Positions 29,804 to 38,074 of a stretch of DNA of 64,000 bases are shown piece after piece. Positions within the stretch are counted from its first letter, which is position 1, and each line of letters starts with the position of its first letter. The stretch covers positions 999 to 64,998 of the forward strand of contig DATKQB010000113.1 in assembly GCA_035523795.1 (NCBI GenBank), given 5' to 3'. Source of the stretch: Verrucomicrobiia bacterium (GTDB taxonomy: Bacteria > Acidobacteriota > Terriglobia > Terriglobales > Acidobacteriaceae). The notes beneath the pieces are model-generated. The model was not told the DNA's origin. It saw only the letters and a program-made list of their open reading frames with translations, and searched no databases. Both the position numbers and the translations under genes were made by a program.

Positions 29804-30358
29804 ATGAGCAGCGGCGTAGCACAAGCGGTACTGGCGGAAGTGGCGGCAGAAGCACTGGTGGCTCCCGCGCAATGGTACGCAATCCGAACCCGTTCTCGTC
29901 ACGAAAAGATGGTGGCGGACCAACTGGACAAGCAGGGAATCGAAAATTTTCTTCCTCTGATCAAGCGTGCGCGGCAGTGGAGTGATCGAGTGAAGGAAGT
30001 AGAACTGCCGCTGTTTGCGGGGTACACGTTCGTACATGTTGTGCTCTCCTCGCGGGACCGGCTGCGGGTTTTGCAAACGCATGGCGTGGCCGGATTTGTA
30101 GGCATCAATTGTTGCGGTACTCCGATTCCTGACAGCCAGATCCGGGACATTCAAACTCTGCTGGCCAGCAAGGAGCCATTCGAGGAGCAACCATTCCTGC
30201 GAGTGGGGCAGCGAGTGCGAGTGCGGGGCGGTGCGCTGGACGGAGTGGAAGGAATTCTCGCGGCCCGCAACGACGATCGCAGTTTAGTCATCTCCCTGGA
30301 GCCCATCCAACGATCATTGTCAGTTCGGATTCAGGGCTACACCGTTGAGCCCGTCTGA
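29804..30358 (+). CDS. NusG paralog, UpxY/RfaH-like operon-specific transcription antiterminator
   Basis: NGN domain (WYAIRTRSRHEKMVADQLDKQGIENFLPL...PLFAGYTFV) plus KOW (GQRVRVRGGALDGVEGIL). It is the first gene of a polysaccharide locus, as UpxY genes are. Confidence 0.8.
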   Translation: MSSGVAQAVLAEVAAEALVAPAQWYAIRTRSRHEKMVADQLDKQGIENFLPLIKRARQWSDRVKEVELPLFAGYTFVHVVLSSRDRLRVLQTHGVAGFVGINCCGTPIPDSQIRDIQTLLASKEPFEEQPFLRVGQRVRVRGGALDGVEGILAARNDDRSLVISLEPIQRSLSVRIQGYTVEPV

Positions 30359-30504
30359 AGTTCCCCCTGTTTCCCCTTCAACACAAGTTCCGCGAACAAA
30401 CGGCTGGCAGCACAGCATGGGCTGGCCGCGGGAACCTATTCCTCGCGGACAAATTGGACCAGGGTGTTGCAGCTCTGGCTTAAAGGAAAAAGTGAGGGTC
30501 ATTT

Positions 30505-30846
30505 ATGAACGAAGTTGATACGAAGACCGGCAAGATAAACGGAAATGGGAGCCGGGAACTGCGCGAAGATTCAGCGCAGGGCTGGGACAACGGCCAGGAA
30601 TCGCGGCGGGGAACGGTGTACGTCTCGTCGGTGGGCGAGTCGTCTCTGCGCAGCTTCCGCGATGAGGCAGAGATTCACGCCATCAGCAATGCTCTGAAGC
30701 AGACGGGCTGGAACCGCAAGCGGGCGGCGCAATTGCTGAGCATCAGCTATCGTGGCCTGCTGTACAAGATTCGGCGGCACAATATCACGCCGAACGGCAA
30801 CGGCGGCCTGAAGTCGGTGACCGAGAGCGGAGAAGTACAATCGTAG
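30505..30846 (+). CDS. stand-alone Fis-type (HTH_8) DNA-binding protein
   Basis: FRDEAEIHAISNALKQTGWNRKRAAQLLSISYRGLLYKIRRHNI matches the C-terminal DNA-binding domain of NtrC-type activators. No AAA+ or REC domain is present. Confidence 0.7.
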   Translation: MNEVDTKTGKINGNGSRELREDSAQGWDNGQESRRGTVYVSSVGESSLRSFRDEAEIHAISNALKQTGWNRKRAAQLLSISYRGLLYKIRRHNITPNGNGGLKSVTESGEVQS

Positions 30847-30874
30847 GCGTCCGCAGTGGGGAATTGAAACGACC

Positions 30875-31612
30875 ATGCGATTTTCTTCTCTAGTTCGAGG
30901 TCTGGCGGTTGGTTTAACGCTTTCGCTGTGCCTGTGCGCAGGCCAGGAAGCTGTTTCCAACCCGAAGACGAATGTGCCGGATTCCAATCCCGCCGCGGCC
31001 AATGCAGCGGGGACGAAGGATGCAGGTGCAGGCGAGGGTTTTCAGACGCGGCGCCCGCACTACCGGATTGCTCCGGGAGACTCCTTCGATCTGAATTTCG
31101 ATCTGAGTCCGGAGTTCAACCAGACAGGCGTCGTGGTGCAGCCCGACGGATATGTCACGCTGCGCGGCGTCGGCGATCTCAAGGTGCAGGGCTTGACCGT
31201 GCCAGAACTGACGGACAAGATTCACACGGCCTACGCGACGATCCTGAACGACCCAGTGGTTTCCGTGATCCTGAAGGATTTCGAGAAGCCGTACTTTATA
31301 GCGGACGGACAAGTGGGTAAGCCGGGCAAGTACGATCTGCGGGGAACGGTCACGTTGACGCAGGCGGTTGCGATCGCAGGCGGATTCACGGAAGCGTCGA
31401 AACATTCTCAAGTGGTGTTGTTCCGCAGGGTCAACGATCAGTGGACCGAAGCGCGGATATTCAATCTGAAGAAGATGGAGAAGTCGGGAAATCTGAAGGA
31501 AGATCCGACACTTCATCCCGGGGACATGCTGTTCGTGCCGAAAAATACGATGTCGAAGATCGACCACTTCATTCCCACCGCGAGTATGGGAACGTTCTTC
31601 CCAGTGCCATAA
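30875..31612 (+). CDS. polysaccharide export protein (short Wza-like: Poly_export + SLBB), copy 1
   Basis: Signal/lipoprotein-like N-terminus (LTLSLCLCAG), YRIAPGDSFDLNF, VVQPDGYVTLRGVGDLKVQGLTVPEL, ADGQVGKPGKYDL, LTQAVAIAGGF. Confidence 0.85.
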   Translation: MRFSSLVRGLAVGLTLSLCLCAGQEAVSNPKTNVPDSNPAAANAAGTKDAGAGEGFQTRRPHYRIAPGDSFDLNFDLSPEFNQTGVVVQPDGYVTLRGVGDLKVQGLTVPELTDKIHTAYATILNDPVVSVILKDFEKPYFIADGQVGKPGKYDLRGTVTLTQAVAIAGGFTEASKHSQVVLFRRVNDQWTEARIFNLKKMEKSGNLKEDPTLHPGDMLFVPKNTMSKIDHFIPTASMGTFFPVP

Positions 31613-31666
31613 GAGTTTAGCTGTGCGCGCGAAAGAAATGCTTCCCGCGCGAGAAGGTTTTGAGTA

Positions 31667-32389
31667 ATGACGATCTTTGAAAAAACCCGCACAAGTCTGC
31701 TGCTGGCTGCGCTGATATTGAGCCCATTCGCGACGGCGCAGGAGGTCAAGCCGGATCCGGCCATCAAACCTGCGGCAACGGCGCCGGGCGCGTCGGCGAA
31801 GACCGACACGCCGCAACTGCAATCGCGCGATGAACGCTACCGCGTGGCTCCCGGCGACTCGTTTGATGTGACCTTCGAATTGAGTCCCGAGTTCAATCAG
31901 ACCGGGGTGTCGATTCAACCGGATGGCTTTGTCACTCTGAAGACCGTAGGCGAAGTTTATGTGCAAGGCGAGACGGTGCCGGAATTGACGAACACGTTGC
32001 GGGCAGCCTACGGCAAGGTCCTGCATCAGCCAATCGTGACTGTAACTTTGAAGGACTTTGAGAAACCGTATTTTGTTGCGGACGGCCAGGTAGGGCGTCC
32101 GGGAAAATACGACCTGCGCGGAGACGTCACGCTGACGCAAGCCATTGCGATCGCCGGCGGATTCAAAGATGAGGCGAAGGGTTCGCAGGTGTTGCTGTTC
32201 CGTCGGGTTTCCGATGAATGGATGGAAGCGAAGATTTTCAATGTGAAGAAGATGCATAAGACCCTCAGCCTGAAAGAAGATCCAACGCTGCATCCGGGCG
32301 ACATGGTGTTTGTGCCCAAGAACGCGCTGTCGAAGATCGACAAGTTCTTCCCCTCGGCCCAGATGGGTTCGATGCTCCGTCCGAATTAG
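31667..32389 (+). CDS. polysaccharide export protein (short Wza-like), copy 2 (tandem paralog)
   Basis: Collinear with copy 1 and clearly more than half identical by eye (YRVAPGDSFDVTF, ADGQVGRPGKYDL, LTQAIAIAGGF). Confidence 0.85.
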   Translation: MTIFEKTRTSLLLAALILSPFATAQEVKPDPAIKPAATAPGASAKTDTPQLQSRDERYRVAPGDSFDVTFELSPEFNQTGVSIQPDGFVTLKTVGEVYVQGETVPELTNTLRAAYGKVLHQPIVTVTLKDFEKPYFVADGQVGRPGKYDLRGDVTLTQAIAIAGGFKDEAKGSQVLLFRRVSDEWMEAKIFNVKKMHKTLSLKEDPTLHPGDMVFVPKNALSKIDKFFPSAQMGSMLRPN

Positions 32390-32429
32390 TTTTTCGAATG
32401 TCCCAGGCAGGTGTTCGTAAGGAGAATTT

Positions 32430-33989
32430 ATGAACCAGATTCCAACCGGCAGCGGCGACCAGAATCTTGAATTCAATGTAAAAGAGCTGATCGCCATCGG
32501 ATTTCGCCACCAGCGGGCGATGCTGCTGTGCTTTATGGCCGTGTTCTGTGGCGCGGTGCTCGTCGGGCTTTTGATGCCGACCCGGTACCAGGCGCATACC
32601 AAGATCCTGATCAAGCGCGAGCGCGTCGATCCTGTGGTCAGCGCCGGGCAAAATGAGCAGGTGATGGTCAAGGACGAAGTCAGTGAAGAAGAACAGAACT
32701 CGGAAGTCGAGCTTTTGGAAAGCGACGATGTGCTGCGCCAGGTGGCGGTGAGCTGCGGCCTGGACAAGCGCGTGTCGACGCTGGGAAAGATTTTCGGGCG
32801 CGAGGACGAAGCCGGCAAGATTGCCAAGGCTGCGCAGCGGCTGCGAAGCACTCTCGTCATCGAGCCCATGAAGAAGACCAACCTGATCAGCATTACCTAT
32901 GCGTCAAGCGATCCGCAGCAAGCCGCGCAGGTGCTGAAAGTGTTGAATGATGCCTACATCAAGAAGCACGCGGAAGTGAATCGTCCGGCGGGGCAATTCA
33001 AATTTTTCGATCAGGAAGCGGAGCGGTATAAGAGCGAGTTGACTGACGCGGAAGGCCAGCTTTCGCAGTTTGCGGCCGAGCAGGGTGGAGTAGCTCCGCT
33101 GGTGGAACGCGATCAGGCCTTGCAGCGCCTGGCGGAATTTACCGCGACGCTTTCTTCGACACGCGCGGACATGGCAGCGACGGAGCAGAAGATTCGCACG
33201 CTCGAGAGCCAGTCGGGCGCGGTGCCATCGAAGATCACCACTTCGTCGACGGAGACGGATGATGCCCAAGTGTTGCAGCAGATGAAGAGCCAGTTGATGA
33301 CGCTGGAGCTGAAGCGGACGGAGTTGCTCACCAAGTACCAGCCGACGTATCCGCTGGTGAGCGAAGTCGATAAAGAGATTGCCGACACGCGGGCTTCGAT
33401 CGAAAAAGAAGAGGCCAAGCCGCTGCAACAGGTCACCACCGGGCAGAACCCGACGTATGAGTACGTCAGTACCGAACTGGCCAAGTCGAAGGCGGATTAC
33501 AGCGCATTGCAGGCGCGGGCTGTGGCAACTGAAGGCATCATTGCGCAGTACAAGAAGCAGGCGACCGATCTGGAGCGCAAGGGCATTCAGGAGCAGGACT
33601 TGCAACGAGTAATCAAGACCGACGAAGAAAACTACCTGCTGTATCAGCAAAAGCGCGAAGAAGCGCGCATGTCCGACGCCCTCGATCAAACGCATATTTT
33701 GAACGTGGCTGTGGCCGAAGCGCCGTCGGTACCCGTGCTTCCGACCGGTTCGCGACTGGTTTTTATCGTGCTCGGACTAGTTCTGGGCGCGGTGATGAGC
33801 GTAGGATTGGCGTTAGCGCTGGATTATTTCGATCCGTCGTTGCGCACACCTTCCGAGGTGCTGAGCGAGCTCAATATTCCAGTTCTGGCCGCTGTTCCGC
33901 ACCGTGTAGCGGGCGATTTCGGATCGAATTATGGCGAAGGCGAAGCAGTAGCAGCGTACTCGACGGCCGTTCCAACACAACAACAGTAA
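32430..33989 (+). CDS. polysaccharide chain-length determinant / co-polymerase (Wzz/GumC-like, no kinase domain)
   Basis: N-terminal TM with Wzz motif region, a long coiled-coil periplasmic part, and a C-terminal TM (LVFIVLGLVLGAVMSVGLALALDYF). AGGAG RBS. Confidence 0.85.
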   Translation: MNQIPTGSGDQNLEFNVKELIAIGFRHQRAMLLCFMAVFCGAVLVGLLMPTRYQAHTKILIKRERVDPVVSAGQNEQVMVKDEVSEEEQNSEVELLESDDVLRQVAVSCGLDKRVSTLGKIFGREDEAGKIAKAAQRLRSTLVIEPMKKTNLISITYASSDPQQAAQVLKVLNDAYIKKHAEVNRPAGQFKFFDQEAERYKSELTDAEGQLSQFAAEQGGVAPLVERDQALQRLAEFTATLSSTRADMAATEQKIRTLESQSGAVPSKITTSSTETDDAQVLQQMKSQLMTLELKRTELLTKYQPTYPLVSEVDKEIADTRASIEKEEAKPLQQVTTGQNPTYEYVSTELAKSKADYSALQARAVATEGIIAQYKKQATDLERKGIQEQDLQRVIKTDEENYLLYQQKREEARMSDALDQTHILNVAVAEAPSVPVLPTGSRLVFIVLGLVLGAVMSVGLALALDYFDPSLRTPSEVLSELNIPVLAAVPHRVAGDFGSNYGEGEAVAAYSTAVPTQQQ

Positions 33990-34001
33990 GGACCCTCCAT
34001 C

Positions 34002-35048
34002 ATGTTTTTGGAATATTACGGATTTCGGGAACAACCATTCGGGGTGACTCCCGATCCGCGCTTTCTTTACCTGAGCCCGGCACACCGCGAGGCGCTGGCT
34101 TCTCTCTATTACGGAATTGAGTCGGGCCGCGGCTTTCTGGCACTGATCGCGAAGCCAGGGATGGGCAAGACCACGCTCTTGTTTCATCTGCTGGAGAAGT
34201 TCCGCCACAATGCCCGCACTGCGTTCCTGTTCCAAACGCAATGCAGTTCGCGCGAGTTCATGCGTTTTCTGCTGGCGGAATTGGGCGTCGAGAGTTACGA
34301 CCAGGACTTCGTGCGCATGCACGAAGAATTCAACAAGATGCTGCTGCAGGAGGCGCGTGCCGGGCGGCGTTTCATCGTGGTGGTAGACGAAGCGCAGAAC
34401 CTGGATTCGAGCGTACTGGAGACGGTTCGGCTGCTGTCGGATTTCGAAACGCCGCGGGCGAAGCTGGTGCAGATCATTCTGGCCGGCCAGCCGGAATTGG
34501 CCGACAAACTGGCCAGCAAGCACTTGGCGCAGTTACGGCAGCGCGTGTCGCTACTGAACCGGCTGACGCCGCTCTCTATCGATGAGACCAAAAAGTATGT
34601 CGATCACCGGCTGAAGGTCGTGGGCCATTCCGGAGCACCATTGTTTACGCCGGAAGCGCTGGTGGCCATCGCGCGCTTCACCGAAGGCATTCCGCGCAAC
34701 ATCAATAACTTCTGTTTCAATGTGCTTTCGCTGAGTTGTGCCGTGCGGCAGAAAGTCGTGGATCTGGCGCTGGTCGAAGAAGTGATCGGAGATCTCGACA
34801 TCAGCCAGCACGTGACCGAGGTTGCTCCCCAGCGAGCCATCGATTTTCAGGAAATTGCTTCGATGATGGCGGGGAATCCGGCGAATGGGCGTGCTCCGGC
34901 TCCGGCTACCGATCGCGTGGAATCGCTGACCCCAGCCGAGGCCCGAGCCTACATGCAGCAGCTCTCAGGACAGTTAAAAGATTGGCAACACACGCTGGAT
35001 CGCATGGCGCCACACCGCTCGAGTGCGCGCGTGAAACGTGAAGGATAG
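34002..35048 (+). CDS. ExeA-like AAA ATPase (type found in PEP-CTERM/EPS loci)
   Basis: YYGFREQPFGVTPDPRFLYLSPAHREAL...IAKPGMGKTTLL (Walker A)...FIVVVDEAQNL (Walker B). Confidence 0.8.
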   Translation: MFLEYYGFREQPFGVTPDPRFLYLSPAHREALASLYYGIESGRGFLALIAKPGMGKTTLLFHLLEKFRHNARTAFLFQTQCSSREFMRFLLAELGVESYDQDFVRMHEEFNKMLLQEARAGRRFIVVVDEAQNLDSSVLETVRLLSDFETPRAKLVQIILAGQPELADKLASKHLAQLRQRVSLLNRLTPLSIDETKKYVDHRLKVVGHSGAPLFTPEALVAIARFTEGIPRNINNFCFNVLSLSCAVRQKVVDLALVEEVIGDLDISQHVTEVAPQRAIDFQEIASMMAGNPANGRAPAPATDRVESLTPAEARAYMQQLSGQLKDWQHTLDRMAPHRSSARVKREG

Positions 35049-35088
35049 TTCGAGAGAGTCGAAAATCGTCAGGCACTGACAGGACAAT

Positions 35089-35919
35089 ATGAGCCGTAAC
35101 TTCGAACTTCTACAGAACATCGGCAAAGACCAAGACTATTTCCAGCCGGACCGTGTACTGACGGAGCCGGTACCCGCGCCGGCCGAACCGCTTCCCGACA
35201 AGCTGGTCGAGGCGCTGGAGGCCGCGACCGCCAATGCTGAGCCGGTGCCGGCAGACGTCGTCAGCGCGGAGCCGCTGCAGCTCAACTTCGAACCTGCGCA
35301 ACTGGCGGAGCTTTCGAAGTTGGTGCAACGCGTGTTCTTGCTGCCGGGCGGCGAGTACAACCACACAGTGGTGTTTACCGCCAGCGATTCCGGCAATGGC
35401 TGCAGCTGGATTACGGCGCGAGTCGGCGAACTATTGGCCAATCAAGTGACGGGGCGGGTTTGCGTGGTGGACGCGAACCTGCAGAATCCCACGCTGCACG
35501 AACAGTTTGGAGTAGCGAATCATCACGGGCTGGCGGATGCGTTGCGGTTGTCGGGCTCGATCCGCGGATATGTGAGCCAGCTTTCGCGGCGCAATCTGGC
35601 GCTGCTGAGTTGCGGATCGGATCTGCGCGAAGGACAAAACCTCGTGACTTCCGATCGCATGCGGGCCCGCATGCTGGAGCTGCGGTCGGAGTTCGACTAC
35701 ATCCTGATTGATTGCCCGTCGGTCAGCTCGAGCAACGAAGCGCTCTCGGTGGGATCGATTGCGGATGGCGTCGTTCTGGTATTGAAGGCCAACTCAACCC
35801 GCAAAGACCGCGCGCGTAGCGCGGTGCATGATCTGCAGACCGCCAACGTCAAGATTCTCGGAGCGGTTCTGAATCAGCGGACGTTCCCGATACCGGATTC
35901 GATTTACAGCAAGCTGTAA
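35089..35919 (+). CDS. BY-kinase-like (CpsD/CapB/MinD-fold) protein with degenerate Walker A
   Basis: TASDSGNGCSWI aligns to the S-x-P-G-E-G-K-S-T Walker A, with Lys replaced by Cys. Walker A' is VVDANLQNP (canonical D-x-D-L-R) and Walker B is ILIDCPS. There is no C-terminal Tyr cluster. Confidence 0.75.
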   Translation: MSRNFELLQNIGKDQDYFQPDRVLTEPVPAPAEPLPDKLVEALEAATANAEPVPADVVSAEPLQLNFEPAQLAELSKLVQRVFLLPGGEYNHTVVFTASDSGNGCSWITARVGELLANQVTGRVCVVDANLQNPTLHEQFGVANHHGLADALRLSGSIRGYVSQLSRRNLALLSCGSDLREGQNLVTSDRMRARMLELRSEFDYILIDCPSVSSSNEALSVGSIADGVVLVLKANSTRKDRARSAVHDLQTANVKILGAVLNQRTFPIPDSIYSKL

Positions 35920-35934
35920 GTGGGGCATGCCGTT

Positions 35935-35972
35935 CCCACGTCTCGGAATAGCGGGGAGACATGGGGCATGCC
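35935..35972. repeat. small hairpin repeat, family A (second copy) plus a partial upstream copy at 35920-35931
   Basis: cccacgtctcggaatagcggggagacatggggcatgcc, with a 10-bp stem containing one mismatch. tggggcatgcc occurs twice (35921 and 35962) and GGCATGCC is itself palindromic. Confidence 0.55.
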
Positions 35973-36011
35973 ACCTAGATACCCGAAGTTAGAGAATCTC
36001 CCAAATTCATC

Positions 36012-36644
36012 ATGTTTGAGAATCTGATCGCTGACCTGCGCGCTTCCCAGGAAGACCGCGTACTTGAAAAGAGTATGGGTTTGTGGCGCGTGTTGTTTCG
36101 CATGGAGACGCCGGCGATCGTATGCTACCGGTTTGGGCACTGGGTCGAACATGTGAACGTGCCGGTGGTGAGTTTCATTCTGCGAATCGTGGCGGGAGTT
36201 TTCCAACGGTTGGTGCAGATGCTCATCGGGATTTACATATCGCCGGACGCCGAGATCGGACCGGGGTTGGTCATTCACACGCCGTTCGGAATTATCGTTG
36301 GACCGAATAAGATCGGGTCGCATTGCACGATCCAAAGCGGAGTGGTGCTGGCGGCGGGAACGCGCGGCATCGGCGACAACGTCTATTTCGGGGCGGGCGC
36401 CAAGGTGATGGGCGGAGCGAAGATTGGCAATAACGTTGTGGTGGCGGCGAACAGCCTGGTGCTGACGGATGTTCCGGACAATATGACTGTCATCGGCGTG
36501 CCGGCCAGAATCCGCATTCCGGGCGGACGGCCGAAGCGATTTAAGTGGAATACGGTGAAGCCGCAGAACGGGAATGCTGCGATGGCACCGACGAATGGCA
36601 ATCAGCAGGTCGTGAAGCAGCCGGAAACAGCAGGGAAGAATTAA
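36012..36644 (+). CDS. hexapeptide-repeat O-acetyltransferase (serine acetyltransferase-like)
   Basis: Left-handed beta-helix repeats: IGPGLVIHTPFGIIVGPNKIGSHCTIQSGVVL...IGDNVYFGAGAKVMGGAKIGNNVVVAANSLV. Confidence 0.8.
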   Translation: MFENLIADLRASQEDRVLEKSMGLWRVLFRMETPAIVCYRFGHWVEHVNVPVVSFILRIVAGVFQRLVQMLIGIYISPDAEIGPGLVIHTPFGIIVGPNKIGSHCTIQSGVVLAAGTRGIGDNVYFGAGAKVMGGAKIGNNVVVAANSLVLTDVPDNMTVIGVPARIRIPGGRPKRFKWNTVKPQNGNAAMAPTNGNQQVVKQPETAGKN

Positions 36645-36666
36645 AGAAGCGAGCCAAACGCGCGAC

Positions 36667-36754
36667 TTTGCATTCGCGCAAAGAACGCGTGAATGATCGC
36701 GCGGCTCGCCCAGATCCTTCACAGCGCAAAAGGCACGCTGCTCAGGATGACAAC
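36667..36754 (+). repeat. two-hairpin intergenic repeat, family B, copy 1
   Basis: Aligns with 45201-45287. The shared core is atcgcgcggctcgYccagatccttc...caaaaRg...tcaggatgacaa. The stems differ by compensatory changes. Confidence 0.7.
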
Positions 36755-36813
36755 ACTTCTTAATTGTAAATTCATAGCTAGGAATTTATAGGCAGGAGAA
36801 AGCGGGGCGGACC

Positions 36814-37959
36814 TTGGATTTTGCATGGAGTGAGGAACAACAGGACTTCCGCAAGGAAGTTGTTCGATTCGCGAAGCAGGAGCTGACGTGCGACATGATC
36901 GCCAACGATCATGACGAGAAGTTTTGCCGGGATTGCTGGAATAAATGCGCGCAGTTTGGCATTCATGGTTTGCCAATTCCCGCCGAATATGGCGGCGGCG
37001 GCGCGGACACGCTCACGACGGTTTGCGGATTGGAAGCGCTCGGTTACGGCAGCCACGATAACGGACTTATTTTTTCAATCAATGCGCACATGTGGAGCTC
37101 GGAGATTCCGATTCTTTCTTTCGGAACGGAAGCGCAGAAAAAGAAATATCTGCCTAAGCTGGTCAGCGGCGAATGGGTAGGAGTGCATGCGATGACTGAG
37201 CCGATGTCCGGCTCGGACGCTTACAGCCTTCGCACCCGCTATGAGCGTAAGGGTGACCGCGTCATTCTGAATGGATCGAAGACATTTATTACGAATGGCC
37301 CGTATGCGGACATGGTAATCGTGTTTGCGACGGAGGATCCGGCGAAGGGGCCGGCGGGAATTTCGGCGTTTATCGTGGAGAAGGGAACGCCGGGCTTTGA
37401 AATCAGCCGCAAGCTGCACAAGATGGGACTGCGTACTTCGCCGATGGCGGAATTAGCGTTCGTGGATTGCGAAGTGCCGGCGGAGAATCAGCTGGGGAAA
37501 GATGGCGCGGGCCCGGCGATTTTCACCGCCTCGATGGAATGGGAGCGCATCTGCATCCTGGCGAGTCATCTTGGCGTGATGCAGCGGCTGCTGGAAACAT
37601 CCGTCGCTTATGCGCGCGCGCGCAAGCAGTTTGGAGAGAACATCGGAAAGTTTCCGGCGGTTTCGGCGAAGATTGCCGACATGGAAGTGCGGCTCGAAAC
37701 CGGGCGGCTGGTGCTGTACAAAGCGGCGTGGATGAAGAGCCAGGGCAAGCATCCGCTGCGCGAAGCGGCGATTGCAAAGACGTACGTGGCTGATGCCTGC
37801 ATCCAGAGTTGCATGGATGCGATCCAGATTCATGGCGGCTACGGATACATGACCGAGTTTCAGATCGAGCGCGAGTTGCGCGACGCGATCTCGGGAAAAA
37901 TTTACTCAGGCACTACGGAAATTCAGAAGATGATTATTTCCGGATTGCATGGTTTGTGA
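36814..37959 (+). CDS. acyl-CoA dehydrogenase family flavoprotein (probably acting on a carrier-protein-bound substrate)
   Basis: ACAD N/M/C domains (MDFAWSEEQQDF..., TEPMSGSDA, GGYGY). The MCAD-type catalytic Glu in Y-E-G is replaced, giving IYSGTTEIQ. An alternative Glu sits in MEWERICIL. TTG start. Confidence 0.85.
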   Translation: MDFAWSEEQQDFRKEVVRFAKQELTCDMIANDHDEKFCRDCWNKCAQFGIHGLPIPAEYGGGGADTLTTVCGLEALGYGSHDNGLIFSINAHMWSSEIPILSFGTEAQKKKYLPKLVSGEWVGVHAMTEPMSGSDAYSLRTRYERKGDRVILNGSKTFITNGPYADMVIVFATEDPAKGPAGISAFIVEKGTPGFEISRKLHKMGLRTSPMAELAFVDCEVPAENQLGKDGAGPAIFTASMEWERICILASHLGVMQRLLETSVAYARARKQFGENIGKFPAVSAKIADMEVRLETGRLVLYKAAWMKSQGKHPLREAAIAKTYVADACIQSCMDAIQIHGGYGYMTEFQIERELRDAISGKIYSGTTEIQKMIISGLHGL

Positions 37960-38074
37960 TTTTCGACAGAAGTTTTTATGTTGCCGTAATTGTTCTTCGA
38001 TAAAGTTGTTTCAAAGTAAGTTCTAGCTCACCCCCCAACAATTCAATCGCGAACACAAGGGGTAAAGAACTCTC

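Noticed and set aside
30914-32893. 659-aa ORF on the minus strand
   Set aside because: It lies antisense to the two Wza-like genes and the start of the Wzz-like gene. Its composition is Arg/Leu/His-rich and low-complexity, and it has no motifs. The plus-strand genes have clear family signatures. This is a typical GC-bias shadow ORF.
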